A stretch of 53,636 nucleotides of DNA from an uncultured Bacteroidales bacterium (GTDB lineage: Bacteria > Bacteroidota > Bacteroidia > Bacteroidales > UBA3663): positions 1 to 53,636 of the forward strand of contig CACYQQ010000002.1 of assembly GCA_902776605.1 (NCBI GenBank), written 5' to 3'. Every line of letters starts with the position of its first letter. Position 1 is the first letter of the stretch. The position numbers were made by a program, and so were the translations under genes. Below are positions 42,841 through 52,337 of this stretch, piece by piece. A model generated the notes under the pieces. That model did not search any database, was not told the origin of the DNA, and was given only the letters and a program-made list of their open reading frames with translations.

Positions 42841-43509
42841 ATGATAAAAATCTCTAATCTAACAAAAGTGTTCCGTACCGAAGAAGTTGAAACCACTGCC
42901 CTGGGCGGCGTGTCGCTCGAAGTGAAAGAGGGCGAGTTTGTCGCCATCATGGGTCCCTCGGGTTGTGGCAAGTCCACCTTGCTCAACATCCTGGGTCTAC
43001 TCGACAACCCCACCAGCGGCCAATATTGGTTGGACGGACAGGAAGTCGGCTGCCTCAAAGAGAGCCAACGCACCCAAGTGCGCAAAGGTCAGATTGGCTT
43101 CATCTTCCAGAGCTTCAACCTCCTGGACGAACTCAACGTCGAAGAGAACGTCGAACTGCCGCTCACCTATCTGGGCATCCCCAAGAAGGAGCGTAAGGAG
43201 CGCGTCGAAGAGGTGTTGCGCCGCATGGCCATCAGTCACCGCGCTCACCACTTCCCCCAGCAACTCTCGGGCGGTCAGCAACAGCGCGTCGCCATTGCCC
43301 GCGCCGTAGTCACTCACCCCAAACTCATCCTGGCCGACGAGCCAACGGGTAACCTCGACTCCAAGATTGGTCTGGAGGTGATGCAGCTCCTCACCGAACT
43401 CAACCAGACCCTCGGCACCACCATCGTCATGGTCACTCACTCGCAGCGCGATGCCGGTTTTGCCCAACGCACCATCCACCTCCTGGACGGCCAAGTGGTA
43501 ACAGAATAA
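42841..43509 (+). CDS. ABC transporter ATP-binding protein (MacB/LolD-like)
   Basis: Walker A GPSGCGKST, signature LSGGQQQRVAIARA, Walker B LILADEPTGNLD. Confidence 0.9.
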   Translation: MIKISNLTKVFRTEEVETTALGGVSLEVKEGEFVAIMGPSGCGKSTLLNILGLLDNPTSGQYWLDGQEVGCLKESQRTQVRKGQIGFIFQSFNLLDELNVEENVELPLTYLGIPKKERKERVEEVLRRMAISHRAHHFPQQLSGGQQQRVAIARAVVTHPKLILADEPTGNLDSKIGLEVMQLLTELNQTLGTTIVMVTHSQRDAGFAQRTIHLLDGQVVTE

Positions 43510-43631
43510 CGCCTCACCACCATCCACATGGAAAGGGAGCTCGGAATAAATAGTTGGAAGAAATAAGCTTTGGATTTTGGTACACTCCGCATCATATTCT
43601 GCTCCCCTTTCCTTTCCCTTGCCCCGAAATC

Positions 43632-43682
43632 GACCATCTCCCTTTTTTCTCCCTTTTAAAGGTAGCAAAAAGGGAGATGGTC
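43632..43682. repeat. 16-bp inverted repeat GACCATCTCCCTTTTT / AAAAAGGGAGATGGTC (19-nt loop), possibly the terminator of the efflux operon
   Basis: Perfect arms at 43632-43647 and 43667-43682. There is no clear U-tract afterwards. Confidence 0.45.
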
Positions 43683-43854
43683 AGTAGAAAGTCAAGGACA
43701 TTTCTGTCGCAACAGAAGGGGAGTATAGGCCGATGGTCAGGAAATTTTCGAAAAAAATAAAAAAAAGTTACAGTTCATTAAATCTTTTTCAGCAGTTCTC
43801 CGTCTATAGGGTGAAGTCAAAACTGAATGACAATCATTAAAAACACTAAACCCA

Positions 43855-44343
43855 ATGAACTCAGATCTACAACAAAGACTGGTACAACTCTTGGAGAGCG
43901 AACGCAAGCAACTGCTCCAATATGCCTGCTACCGCACTGGCGTGATGCAGGATGCCGAAGATGCCGTGCAGGACGCCGTCACCAAGATACTTCACCTGGA
44001 GGGCCCGATTGCCAACCTCCGTGGCTATTTCTATCAGACGGTCGCCCATGCCTGTATCGACATTGTCCGACAGCGCCAACGACAGCAGACGGAGGGCATC
44101 GAGATCATGCAACTCTGGCATCGGGAACAACATGACGAATTCAGTCAGGAGTTCCGCCGCATCAACGAGATGTTGTCACAGATTCCCGAGGAGCAGTCGG
44201 AAGTGATTCGCCTCCGATTCTATGCCGACAAGAGCTTCGCCGACATTGCCGAGATGCTGGACCTGCCCCTCGCCACGGTCAAGTCGCGTTTCCTCTATGG
44301 CATGAGCAAGATGAAAAAGTCGTTAACCCCTAAAATCAACTAA
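43855..44343 (+). CDS. ECF-type RNA polymerase sigma-70 factor
   Basis: Region 2 (DAEDAVQDAVTKI..YFYQTVAHACIDIVR) and region 4 (EQSEVIRLRFYADKSFADIAEMLDLPLATVKSRF). Confidence 0.85.
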   Translation: MNSDLQQRLVQLLESERKQLLQYACYRTGVMQDAEDAVQDAVTKILHLEGPIANLRGYFYQTVAHACIDIVRQRQRQQTEGIEIMQLWHREQHDEFSQEFRRINEMLSQIPEEQSEVIRLRFYADKSFADIAEMLDLPLATVKSRFLYGMSKMKKSLTPKIN

Positions 44344-44346
44344 GAT

Positions 44347-45657
44347 ATGAACTGTAACGAATTCAAGAACCAGTTGGCCGACCTTTTCGACCAGGAGATT
44401 TCCGCCAAGACCTGGGCGGAGATGAAAGAACACATGGCAACGTGCCCAGACTGCCGTGCCGAGTATGAAGCACTGAAGGAGGTGGCCGACGACCTGCTTC
44501 CCAAGCACTCGCCCGTGCAGGAAAAGCAGATTGAAAAGACCCCCGTGGAGGCTCCGCAAATCGACCTCCGCCCCCGTCGCCGTTGGATGAACATCGCCGC
44601 CTCGGTTGCCCTCTTTGCCGTGGGCCTCGTGTTGGGCAGCAACCATTTCTTCAGCGAGTCGGCGCAGGCTGCGGCTTCGCCATTCAGCTTCGAGCAAGCC
44701 ATTCAGTCGGTTCGCAACGTGGGCAGTTACCTCCTCCAGTTGCAGGTGCGCACTTTGCCAGACGAGAACTACGCCCACTTCGACCCCCACGCCGACTTCA
44801 TGGACGTGACGATGCAGAAACAGACCTTGAACGACCACGACTATTGGCGCGTGGAGAAGAAGGAGGGCAGAACCATCGTCTGCGACAGCCGCGAACAATA
44901 CATGTGGGTGCCCGGCAAGATGTACCTGAAAGGTGGACCACAAGCCAATTTCCTGGAGAATTTTACTCTTTTCCTTGAACCCACCCGCCTGCTCAACATG
45001 CAGCAGATGGCTTTACAACTACACAAAGACATCCAATCCACAACGCAAGTCACCGACTCGACCATCACGGTCACTACGTCGTTCGAGGTGGACGGCACCG
45101 AACTGAGCGCCATCTTCAACAACACCTCATCGACCAAGGTGGTCACTATCCAGAACACTTGCTCCATGCCCGACGGACTGCTTCGCAGCCTCCACGTCTG
45201 GATAGACTGGCACGGCGAGAAGGTCGAGATTATCCGCAGCCGTGACATCCAGTACAACGTTGCCATCGACCGTGACAGCCTCCTCCTGCTCCCAGCCGAG
45301 GCCGATTGGATTGACCTGACACAAGGCATCGCCCCACTGAAGGACGACATGCGCCTCGCCTTGCTATCGCAGGAAACACCTGTCAATGCTGCCCAGCGCA
45401 TCCTTCAAGCGCTCATCTCGGGTCAGACCGACGAGGCTACCGAGGCGCTCCACTACTACAAGGACGTGTTGCCCACCCTGGTCAAGATGTTCGAGGGCTG
45501 CAAGGTATCCGACTTCACCGTCCGTCGCGAAAAAAGCTATGCCGGTGTCTTCGTCTTCTACACCTTGACCCATCCCGACGGCAAGACCGAGACCTGCCAT
45601 GTCGCCCTCCGCAACGACAACCAACAGCACCTCTGGCTGCTGGACGGCGGAATCTGA
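44347..45657 (+). CDS. Anti-sigma factor (zf-HC2 N-terminus, one TM, large extracytoplasmic domain)
   Basis: MNCNEFKNQLADLFDQE...HMATCPDCRAEYEAL, TM at WMNIAASVALFAVGLVLG. It starts 3 nt after the sigma-factor stop. Confidence 0.75.
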   Translation: MNCNEFKNQLADLFDQEISAKTWAEMKEHMATCPDCRAEYEALKEVADDLLPKHSPVQEKQIEKTPVEAPQIDLRPRRRWMNIAASVALFAVGLVLGSNHFFSESAQAAASPFSFEQAIQSVRNVGSYLLQLQVRTLPDENYAHFDPHADFMDVTMQKQTLNDHDYWRVEKKEGRTIVCDSREQYMWVPGKMYLKGGPQANFLENFTLFLEPTRLLNMQQMALQLHKDIQSTTQVTDSTITVTTSFEVDGTELSAIFNNTSSTKVVTIQNTCSMPDGLLRSLHVWIDWHGEKVEIIRSRDIQYNVAIDRDSLLLLPAEADWIDLTQGIAPLKDDMRLALLSQETPVNAAQRILQALISGQTDEATEALHYYKDVLPTLVKMFEGCKVSDFTVRREKSYAGVFVFYTLTHPDGKTETCHVALRNDNQQHLWLLDGGI

Positions 45658-45751
45658 TAGCCTCTCAGCAACCAGAATCAACATCTATTATTAAAACGAA
45701 CCAAAGCGGACATAGTCGAAAACCGAACTGCACTTGGTTGCTATTATAAAC

Positions 45752-45785
45752 AATGCCCATGCTACAAAGAGGTAGCATGGGCATT
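45752..45785 (-). terminator. Hairpin terminator 4 nt after the tRNA-Leu 3' end (also faces the anti-sigma gene)
   Basis: AATGCCCATGCTAC-aaagag-GTAGCATGGGCATT, a 14-bp perfect stem. Confidence 0.6.
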
Positions 45786-45789
45786 GCTG

Positions 45790-45871
45790 TACGGATAGTG
45801 GGACTCGAACCCACACGCCTCACGGCACCAGATCCTAAGTCTGGCTTGTCTACCAATTTCAACATATCCGC
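45790..45871 (-). tRNA. tRNA-Leu (anticodon UAG), 82 nt, long variable arm, CCA not encoded
   Basis: The reverse complement is GCGGATATGTTGAAATTGGTAGACAAGCCAGACTTAGGATCTGGTGCCGTGAGGCGTGTGGGTTCGAGTCCCACTATCCGTA. Features: 7-bp acceptor stem (G1-U72 wobble), anticodon stem CCAGA/TCTGG with loop CTTAGGA, T-arm GTGGG-TTCGAGT-CCCAC. The listed ORF 45665..45898 is spurious. Confidence 0.9.
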
Positions 45872-45895
45872 ATCGGTAGATTCTTTTTTGCGGCG

Positions 45896-45903
45896 CAAAG
45901 ATA
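45896..45903 (-). promoter_or_regulatory. -7 box TATCTTTG(CGCCGCAA) for tRNA-Leu
   Basis: 24 nt upstream of tRNA position 1. The 16-mer core is identical to that of the parC promoter. Confidence 0.6.
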
Positions 45904-45986
45904 CGAAGTTTTTTTTAATCTTCCAAATAAATCAGAAAATTATGAGCAAAGAAACAGGTGTAACTCACTTTCGTGAATCCTAACCC

Positions 45987-47033
45987 CTATCGCAAGTCGT
46001 ACTCTCTATATTTGTCGTTCCCAAAACCTTCACCCTTCACTTTGAATGTCTTCGGATCGGCACCCTCGACTATCTTACCCCGATAAAATACATGGTATTT
46101 GTCCTTGGCAAATCCATCTGTCAGGATTTTGAAAGTGGCATAATCAGCCTCTACAATAATCTTGTCCCGACTAAAGATATGACTATCGTCTATAGAATAA
46201 GGCCATTCCAATACTTTAAAGGTTGCGGGATTCATCCCTTCTATGGCTTTCCCTCTGTAGAAAACATAGTCTTTGTTTTTGGCATAATCGTTTTCAATGA
46301 CTTTTAATGATTTATCATTACCCAAAGGAGATCTTACAGAATCTGGGCCATAATAAATAAAATACTTATCTTTAGCCCATTCTTCGTCAATGACTTGGAA
46401 GGATTTTTTATCTTCTAAAGGGATAGGAGATGCATGTGTATAGGAAATATAATAAACTTTGTCTTTGTCTATACCCCATTGGTAGTCTGTACTCCGCTTT
46501 TTGACGAACTTAAAACTATTGACATCGGAGACATGTAATGGCTCTCTATACAAATATACATCGTTCTTATCTTTGATATATCTGTAGTTATAAATGATGA
46601 CAGACTCTGGGTCTGCGCCATTTACGGGTTTACAATAATAGAATAGCAGAGAGTCAGTCCGTTCATATCCATGTTTTAGTAATCGGAATGACTTCACATC
46701 TGCTTCAGGAACCATTATACTGCCATAAAAAACATGCAAAGAATCTCGACCAATGCTATACTTATCAAGCACCACGAAGGTGGAAGGGTCTGCATTCTCT
46801 ACTGTTTTTTCATAATAATAGACATGATTAGCATCCGCAGTGTAATAACAGTTGAACTGATGAAAAGAGCTTGGATCTGCACCCTCTATCACGCAATCAT
46901 ACTTGCCGAACTTGAAGTCATTACCCTTCACATGCATCTGCCCATCCTTCTCATAATAGGATGGTTTGGTGGATAGGCACGACGAGAGGAGAAACAATAA
47001 ACTGAAGAGTGTTATGGCCGAATATTTGTTCAT
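45987..47033 (-). CDS. DKNYY-repeat lipoprotein
   Basis: Start at MNKYSAITLFSLLFLLSSC (47033). Repeated ...D(K/A)NHVYY / DKYHVFYRGK..EGADP.TFKV units. Confidence 0.75.
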   Translation of the reverse strand: MNKYSAITLFSLLFLLSSCLSTKPSYYEKDGQMHVKGNDFKFGKYDCVIEGADPSSFHQFNCYYTADANHVYYYEKTVENADPSTFVVLDKYSIGRDSLHVFYGSIMVPEADVKSFRLLKHGYERTDSLLFYYCKPVNGADPESVIIYNYRYIKDKNDVYLYREPLHVSDVNSFKFVKKRSTDYQWGIDKDKVYYISYTHASPIPLEDKKSFQVIDEEWAKDKYFIYYGPDSVRSPLGNDKSLKVIENDYAKNKDYVFYRGKAIEGMNPATFKVLEWPYSIDDSHIFSRDKIIVEADYATFKILTDGFAKDKYHVFYRGKIVEGADPKTFKVKGEGFGNDKYREYDLR

Positions 47034-47080
47034 GTTATTAGTTAGTATTAAGTTGAAAACCACAGAGAAAGGGAATCAGT

Positions 47081-47181
47081 AATACTCGGAGATATTCGGA
47101 GTTTTCCAATTATCGAATTATTCGGATTACTCCGAGTATTCAGAATTCTCTGAGTATTCAGACAACTCCAATACTCTCCGA
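47081..47181. repeat. TACTCGGAG / TACTCCGAGTATTCAGA word stutter (same vocabulary as the mosaic element)
   Basis: aatactcggagatattcggag...attcggattactccgagtattcagaattctctgagtattcagacaactccaatactctccg. Confidence 0.75.
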
Positions 47182-47241
47182 CTGCTGGGTCATTCTACAT
47201 TCCTCTTTACCCTTTACTCTCTACTCTTTTTTAACCTCCCC

Positions 47242-48387
47242 CTACTCTTTCTTATACTCCATCCTCGTGTTCTTGTTGATGAAGGCGCGGGCCGACTCGA
47301 TGATGTCGTCGATGTGGTCCTGATAGGCATGGAGGCTGTCCATCTGGACAAAGTAATCGGGAGCGAAACCCTCCTCGATGGGACGTTGGTGAATGTCGAG
47401 CATCGGGCTGGTCGAGAAACGGACCACCCAACCGTTGGGGAGGGTCGATTCGAAGGGCAGACCACCTCCGCCGCCGGTGTGGTCGCCCATGGTCTTGACC
47501 ATCTTGGTGCCAGTAGCACCTTCGCCCTCAGCGGGTTGACCATCCAAGGCCTTCATGGCCATGACGAAAGTGTTGGTGGCACTGAAGCAGGAACGGTTGG
47601 TGAGGATGACAACTGGTTGGCGCGCGGCATCCCAAAGGGGCTTTTTGCTGCGGTCGGGGCTGTAGCCATCGACCGTAAGTTCCTGTGGCTCAGAGAAATC
47701 GTCGTGCCCAGGACCCTGCTTGTGCATAATATAGCCGTAAGTCAAATCTTCGGCCGTGAAGCGCGAGACGATAGTCTCTACATTGGTCAAGTTGCCGCCA
47801 CCGTTGTCACGTACGTCGAAGATGAGACCCTTGGCATTGCCCAACAGTCCTAACACGTAGTTGATGTTCGACTTCCCCACCGTGCTGCTGAAACTGGGGT
47901 AATGGACATAACCGATGGTGTCGCGCAACATACCATACTTCATACCGCCGGCCATCCAGTAGTTGGTGCCCAGGTAATAACGTTCCAAGAGGGTGGCGTC
48001 GAAGTTCTGAGGATAATCCTCGAACCACGACCAGTTGCGTGCCACATTGAAGTTGCTGTAGAGGTTGACATGACCGTCACGCAGTTCGCCCAACATCTGA
48101 TAGAGATAGTGGAAGGCGTCGAAATCGTTCTGCACCGAGTCGCGGAAATAGGGTTCGTAGCGACGATAGACATCGTCCCAATCGACCTTCTTCTCCGCAA
48201 AGTAGCAATAATGTTCGTCAAGGGTGCGCCAGCAGGACTTGAAGTTGCCCATCGGGGTGTTGGGCAGACTCAACGACTCGTCGTCCAGGCAAGAAGTACA
48301 GAGCGCCGAGAGGCACACCGCCACCAACCCGAAAGGCAAGACCAGATGCTTGGCGAAAGCAGGGATAGGGAAAGTAAGTCTTTTCAT
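47242..48387 (-). CDS. S41-family (tail-specific/tricorn-core-like) peptidase, lipoprotein
   Basis: Lipobox LCTSC; GLIFDVRDNGGGNL and the SCFSATNTF serine region. Confidence 0.75.
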   Translation of the reverse strand: MKRLTFPIPAFAKHLVLPFGLVAVCLSALCTSCLDDESLSLPNTPMGNFKSCWRTLDEHYCYFAEKKVDWDDVYRRYEPYFRDSVQNDFDAFHYLYQMLGELRDGHVNLYSNFNVARNWSWFEDYPQNFDATLLERYYLGTNYWMAGGMKYGMLRDTIGYVHYPSFSSTVGKSNINYVLGLLGNAKGLIFDVRDNGGGNLTNVETIVSRFTAEDLTYGYIMHKQGPGHDDFSEPQELTVDGYSPDRSKKPLWDAARQPVVILTNRSCFSATNTFVMAMKALDGQPAEGEGATGTKMVKTMGDHTGGGGGLPFESTLPNGWVVRFSTSPMLDIHQRPIEEGFAPDYFVQMDSLHAYQDHIDDIIESARAFINKNTRMEYKKE

Positions 48388-49337
48388 CTGCTGGGGGCTC
48401 TAAAAGGTAAATATTGCCAGGTCCAACCAACCACAGCTTGGAAATAAGAATAGCGTGTGATAAGGTGGTTGATGTCCTGTGTCTCAATGTGATACTGCAC
48501 ACCCACACGGAGCGAACTGCCAAAGCGCTGCAAATGGGGCAGCGGGATGATGCTGACAGGAATGTCCGTCGTCAGGCGTACATCCAGGTCCTGTTGGTTA
48601 TGAAAAGAGGTGGAATAGGTCCTTCCGCCCTTGTCGCTGACCAGGAAAGTCTCGTAGTAGGAGGCGGCATATTCGGGCGAAAAAGCAGCTCCGATGACAG
48701 GCAGCTGCACTTGAAACCGCACGTTACTGGGACGTTGACGAATGAAGTAATTCCATTGATAACCAGCCGATAAGCCAAAGTTGTTCGACAGGTGCATGTT
48801 GACGGGATTGTTGCCCGCCCCCATGCTCAGACTATAGTTGGCGCCGATGTTGATCGACGCATACGGACCCGCAAAGACAACGTGAGTGGGCTGATGCCTC
48901 CATTCGCTGTGGTCGAATCCCCACACACGGTGCATGGCATAGTGATAGCGCAGGCGGAAAGAGAACATCGAGTTGCTCTCGGACGCCTCGTCCCGGGTGT
49001 CGGCCACCGAGCAGTCCAGCCATTGGTCACTGTCCCATTTCATCTTGCTTCTCAGGCGGGTACGTTCATAAGAGATATCGAAAGACTTGCCCTTGTACAA
49101 CTGATTGGTCAAGTAAGTGTCATGCACCGTGGCACCACCAATGCCCAACATCAGGGAAGAGGTGACAGGACGCACCAAGCGAGTTATCGGTCTTGCAAGT
49201 GGTTCATAAACAACGGTTTGCACTTCTTGGGGAACAGGATTGGGCGCCGATAAAGTTTCCTCTTGCTGAGCCCCGGCCAACAGGACGTTAGAACAGAGAC
49301 TCAGTGTCAGGAGCAGGTTCTTCAGTGTTTTCTTCAT
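48384..49337 (-). CDS. Hypothetical outer-membrane beta-barrel-like protein (possibly DUF3316 family)
   Basis: Signal peptide MKKTLKNLLLTLSLCSNVLLAGAQ and alternating aromatic/hydrophilic strands. It overlaps the S41 gene in ATGA. The family name is uncertain. Confidence 0.55.
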   Translation of the reverse strand: MKKTLKNLLLTLSLCSNVLLAGAQQEETLSAPNPVPQEVQTVVYEPLARPITRLVRPVTSSLMLGIGGATVHDTYLTNQLYKGKSFDISYERTRLRSKMKWDSDQWLDCSVADTRDEASESNSMFSFRLRYHYAMHRVWGFDHSEWRHQPTHVVFAGPYASINIGANYSLSMGAGNNPVNMHLSNNFGLSAGYQWNYFIRQRPSNVRFQVQLPVIGAAFSPEYAASYYETFLVSDKGGRTYSTSFHNQQDLDVRLTTDIPVSIIPLPHLQRFGSSLRVGVQYHIETQDINHLITRYSYFQAVVGWTWQYLPFRAPSR

Positions 49338-51984
49338 TCGTATTGTCGTTTTCAGGAGTTGGTTCGGGTTGGCGCGTAGGTTCCAGTTCCTCGACCGAAG
49401 CTACCTTCCAGGCTGCCACCCTCTTACCCTTGGTGCCGACGCTCTTGACCTGAATGAAGTCCTCGGCCTCAACCTCGATGGGGGCGCGGAAGTCATCCGG
49501 CTTGGCGAAGGTGAACTTGAGACGCGGATAAGGAGTATCGGTCAGGAAGACAAACGTAAAGCGCTTGGGGTCGCCCAACATATTCTGCTTCGAGGCACGG
49601 GCATCCAGCACAAAACGTTTCAGGTTGTTGCAACCGGTCTCCCAATCCTTCATGACGATGGTCCAAACCTTGTGTGGGTCGTACTTCTCGATGCGGAGGA
49701 TGTTGGTCTCGAAGTGGTTCGTCTCGTCGAACGTGGTGATGTAATAATCGTAGTTGTCCAACACCACCAGGACGCGATCTTCGCCCAGGAACTCACCCAG
49801 GAGTTGACCTTGCTTGTCGTAGTTAAGTCGCTGAACATCAGGGTCCCACCATACTTTTCGGCCGCCCAAGGTCGAACCGCCATGCTCCTTGACCGTGATG
49901 CTCTTTATCTCGGCACGGGTCAACAGCAGACCCTTGGTGCCACGGCCACGGATAGGAATCTCGGCAAAGTCGCGTTCGAAGCTCTTGGTGTGTGCCACCT
50001 TGTTCAGGCTCTTGATGGTAATCTTGAGCACCTCGGCCTCGCCGTTGGGGTTGACGGTCATGTAAGCAATCTTCGACCCCGGTGTACCGAGGGTGATGTC
50101 GTACAACTTGTCACGCTGCACCGACGTGATGTTGAAGCGCTTGATGTAGTAAGGAGCCATGGCACCCTTGCCATCGCGATACACCACATTGAAGATGGTG
50201 CGCTGGTCGCTCTTGCGATAGACATCCAGATAACGTACATCCTTGCCGATGAAGATCTTGTCGGCCACCTTGACCACCTTGTACTGGCCGTTGTTGTAGA
50301 TGATGATGATCTCGTCTATCTCCGAGCAGTTGCAGACATACTCCGACTCGGAGGCCTTCAATCCCGTACCGATGAAGCCGTCCTCCTTGTTGAAGTAGAG
50401 TTTGAGGTTGCTCTCGATGACCTTGGTGGCATCCACCGAGTCGAAGTTGCGAATCTCCGTCTGGCGCGGATAGTTCTTGCCGTACTTCTCCTTGAGGTGT
50501 TCGAACCAGGCGATGGTGTAATCCACCAGGTGCTTCAGGTTCTTCTCCACCTCGCGTATCTTCTTCTTGGTCTGCGAGATATCCTCGTCGGCCTTGTCGC
50601 TGCTGAACTTGTGGATGCGCGACATCTTGATGTCCTCCAGGCGGAGCAGGTCGTCGCGGGTCACTTCACGCACGAAGTTCTCCTTGAAGGGCTCCAATCG
50701 CTTGTCGATGTGGTCCAGAGCGGCATCCAGCGTCTTGGCCTGCTCATATTCCTTGTCCTTGTAGATACGCTCCTCGATGAAGATCTTCTCCAACGAGATG
50801 GACATCAGGTGCTCCTTGAGTTCGCCCAGTTGCACCTCCAACTCCTGACGCAGCAGGTCCTTGGTGGTCTCGGCCGAACGGCGCAACACTTCGCTCACGG
50901 TGAGGAAGTGCGGTTTCTTGTCGCTGATGACGCAGCAGTTGGGCGAGATAGACACCTCGCAGTCGGTGAAAGCATAGAGCGCGTCGATGGTCTTGTCGCT
51001 CGACACACCGGGCATCAGGTGCACCACAATCTCGGCATGGCTGGCAGTAAAGTCGTCGAACTTTCGGATCTTGATCTTGCCCTTGTCGTTGGCCTTCTTG
51101 ATCGACTCCAAGAGCGAGTCGGTAGTGCGACCGAAAGGCACATCCAGGATGCGGAGCGTCTTCTGGTCAATCTTCTCGATGCGACTACGCACCTTGACCG
51201 AACCGCCACGTTGGCCGTCGTGGTACTTGCTCACGTCGATGAGGCCGCCCGTCGGGAAGTCCGGATAGATCTGGAACTCCTCGCCCCTCAGGTAGGCAAT
51301 CGAGGCATCCAGCAGTTCGTTGAAGTTGTGCGGCAATATCTTGGACGACAGACCAACGGCAATGCCCTCCACGCCCTGTGCCAGCAGCAACGGGAACTTG
51401 ACGGGCAGGTTGATAGGCTCTTTCTTGCGGCCGTCGTACGAGAGCTGCCAAGGGGTGATCTTGTTGTTGAAGACGACTTCAAGAGCAAACTTCGAGAGGC
51501 GCGCCTCGATGTATCGGGGTGCGGCTGCCGAGTCGCCGGTCAGGATGTTACCCCAGTTGCCTTGCGTGTCGATGAGGAGGTCCTTCTGACCCATCTGCAC
51601 CAAGGCATCGCCGATAGAGGCATCACCGTGTGGGTGATAGGCCATGGTCTGACCCACGATGTTGGCCACCTTGTTGTATCGGCCATCATCGATGACGTTC
51701 ATGGCATGCAGTATTCGGCGCTGCACAGGTTTCAGACCATCCACCACATTCGGGACGGCACGCTCCAGGATGACATACGAAGCGTAGTCCAAGAACCAAT
51801 GCTGGTACATTCCGCCCAGGTGATGGATCTTGTCCTCGCCCGCCTCATCATCGTTGTGAGGCATGTAGTTGGTTGTGCTGTCGATAATATCCTCGTCGTC
51901 GCTGACGGGTTCGGTATCTTCGGTAATCTCTGTAGGAGTCTCCTCCTCGTTCTCGTCATTGACTAAATCTTCGTCTTCGCGCAT
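49288..51984 (-). CDS. parC: DNA topoisomerase IV subunit A
   Basis: Acidic N-terminal tail, then YASYVILERAVPNVVDGLKPVQRRIL, AYHPHGDASI and AAAPRYIEARL. 898 aa. The 865-aa + strand ORF 49369..51966 is an antisense shadow. Confidence 0.9.
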   Translation of the reverse strand: MREDEDLVNDENEEETPTEITEDTEPVSDDEDIIDSTTNYMPHNDDEAGEDKIHHLGGMYQHWFLDYASYVILERAVPNVVDGLKPVQRRILHAMNVIDDGRYNKVANIVGQTMAYHPHGDASIGDALVQMGQKDLLIDTQGNWGNILTGDSAAAPRYIEARLSKFALEVVFNNKITPWQLSYDGRKKEPINLPVKFPLLLAQGVEGIAVGLSSKILPHNFNELLDASIAYLRGEEFQIYPDFPTGGLIDVSKYHDGQRGGSVKVRSRIEKIDQKTLRILDVPFGRTTDSLLESIKKANDKGKIKIRKFDDFTASHAEIVVHLMPGVSSDKTIDALYAFTDCEVSISPNCCVISDKKPHFLTVSEVLRRSAETTKDLLRQELEVQLGELKEHLMSISLEKIFIEERIYKDKEYEQAKTLDAALDHIDKRLEPFKENFVREVTRDDLLRLEDIKMSRIHKFSSDKADEDISQTKKKIREVEKNLKHLVDYTIAWFEHLKEKYGKNYPRQTEIRNFDSVDATKVIESNLKLYFNKEDGFIGTGLKASESEYVCNCSEIDEIIIIYNNGQYKVVKVADKIFIGKDVRYLDVYRKSDQRTIFNVVYRDGKGAMAPYYIKRFNITSVQRDKLYDITLGTPGSKIAYMTVNPNGEAEVLKITIKSLNKVAHTKSFERDFAEIPIRGRGTKGLLLTRAEIKSITVKEHGGSTLGGRKVWWDPDVQRLNYDKQGQLLGEFLGEDRVLVVLDNYDYYITTFDETNHFETNILRIEKYDPHKVWTIVMKDWETGCNNLKRFVLDARASKQNMLGDPKRFTFVFLTDTPYPRLKFTFAKPDDFRAPIEVEAEDFIQVKSVGTKGKRVAAWKVASVEELEPTRQPEPTPENDNTNEENTEEPAPDTESLF

Positions 51985-52006
51985 ACTGATATAGTTTGTT
52001 GCGGCG

Positions 52007-52014
52007 CAAAGATA
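52007..52014 (-). promoter_or_regulatory. -7 box TATCTTTG(CGCCGCAA) for parC
   Basis: 22 nt upstream of the ATG at 51984. Confidence 0.6.
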
Positions 52015-52231
52015 ATAAATATTACCTTATTTTCCAAATAAACAATTGAAAAAGTAATGATTTGCACCACGTTATTTCGGGATTTTCGCAAAAACAACGG
52101 CGAATTGGTTCCTTGCCGATGGCTCCTGCAAACGGCCTGCCGAGCATCGCTGGAACCCACCCTTTCCCTCGCCCTGACGCAGTGTCCCTCTGCCCACAGG
52201 TTAGCTCTGACCACTACACGCCCAAGTTCCC

Positions 52232-52307
52232 CTCTTTGAAAAGAACGAAAAAGAACCAAAAAAGAAAGCAAAAAGAACGGAAAAAGAACGCAACTCCGTT
52301 ACGACGT
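52232..52307 (+). repeat. Phased A-tract module, copy 3
   Basis: CTCTTTGAAAAGAACGAAAAAGAACCAAAAAAGAAAGCAAAAAGAACGGAAAAAGAACGCAACTCCGTTACGACGT. Confidence 0.85.
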
Positions 52308-52337
52308 CGGTATCGGCAGGTCGCGACGGGAGTCATT

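Noticed and set aside
43554-43760. 68-aa ORF between the ABC ATPase and the ECF sigma gene.
   Set aside because: It spans the 16-bp inverted repeat and homopolymer A runs, is low-complexity, and has no start signal. The region is more likely a terminator and promoter region.
45665-45898. 77-aa ORF on the minus strand.
   Set aside because: It overlaps tRNA-Leu and its terminator hairpin completely.
49369-51966. 865-aa ORF on the + strand opposite parC, and similar long antisense ORFs (1893..2861, 8362..9198, 19950..20858, 22251..23033, 33441..34634, 34867..35871, 36200..37093, 47314..47853, 47902..48447).
   Set aside because: Each lies entirely inside a gene with strong family motifs on the other strand. 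Their translations are R/G/H/V/Q-rich with no recognisable motifs, which is typical of shadow ORFs in moderately GC-rich coding DNA.
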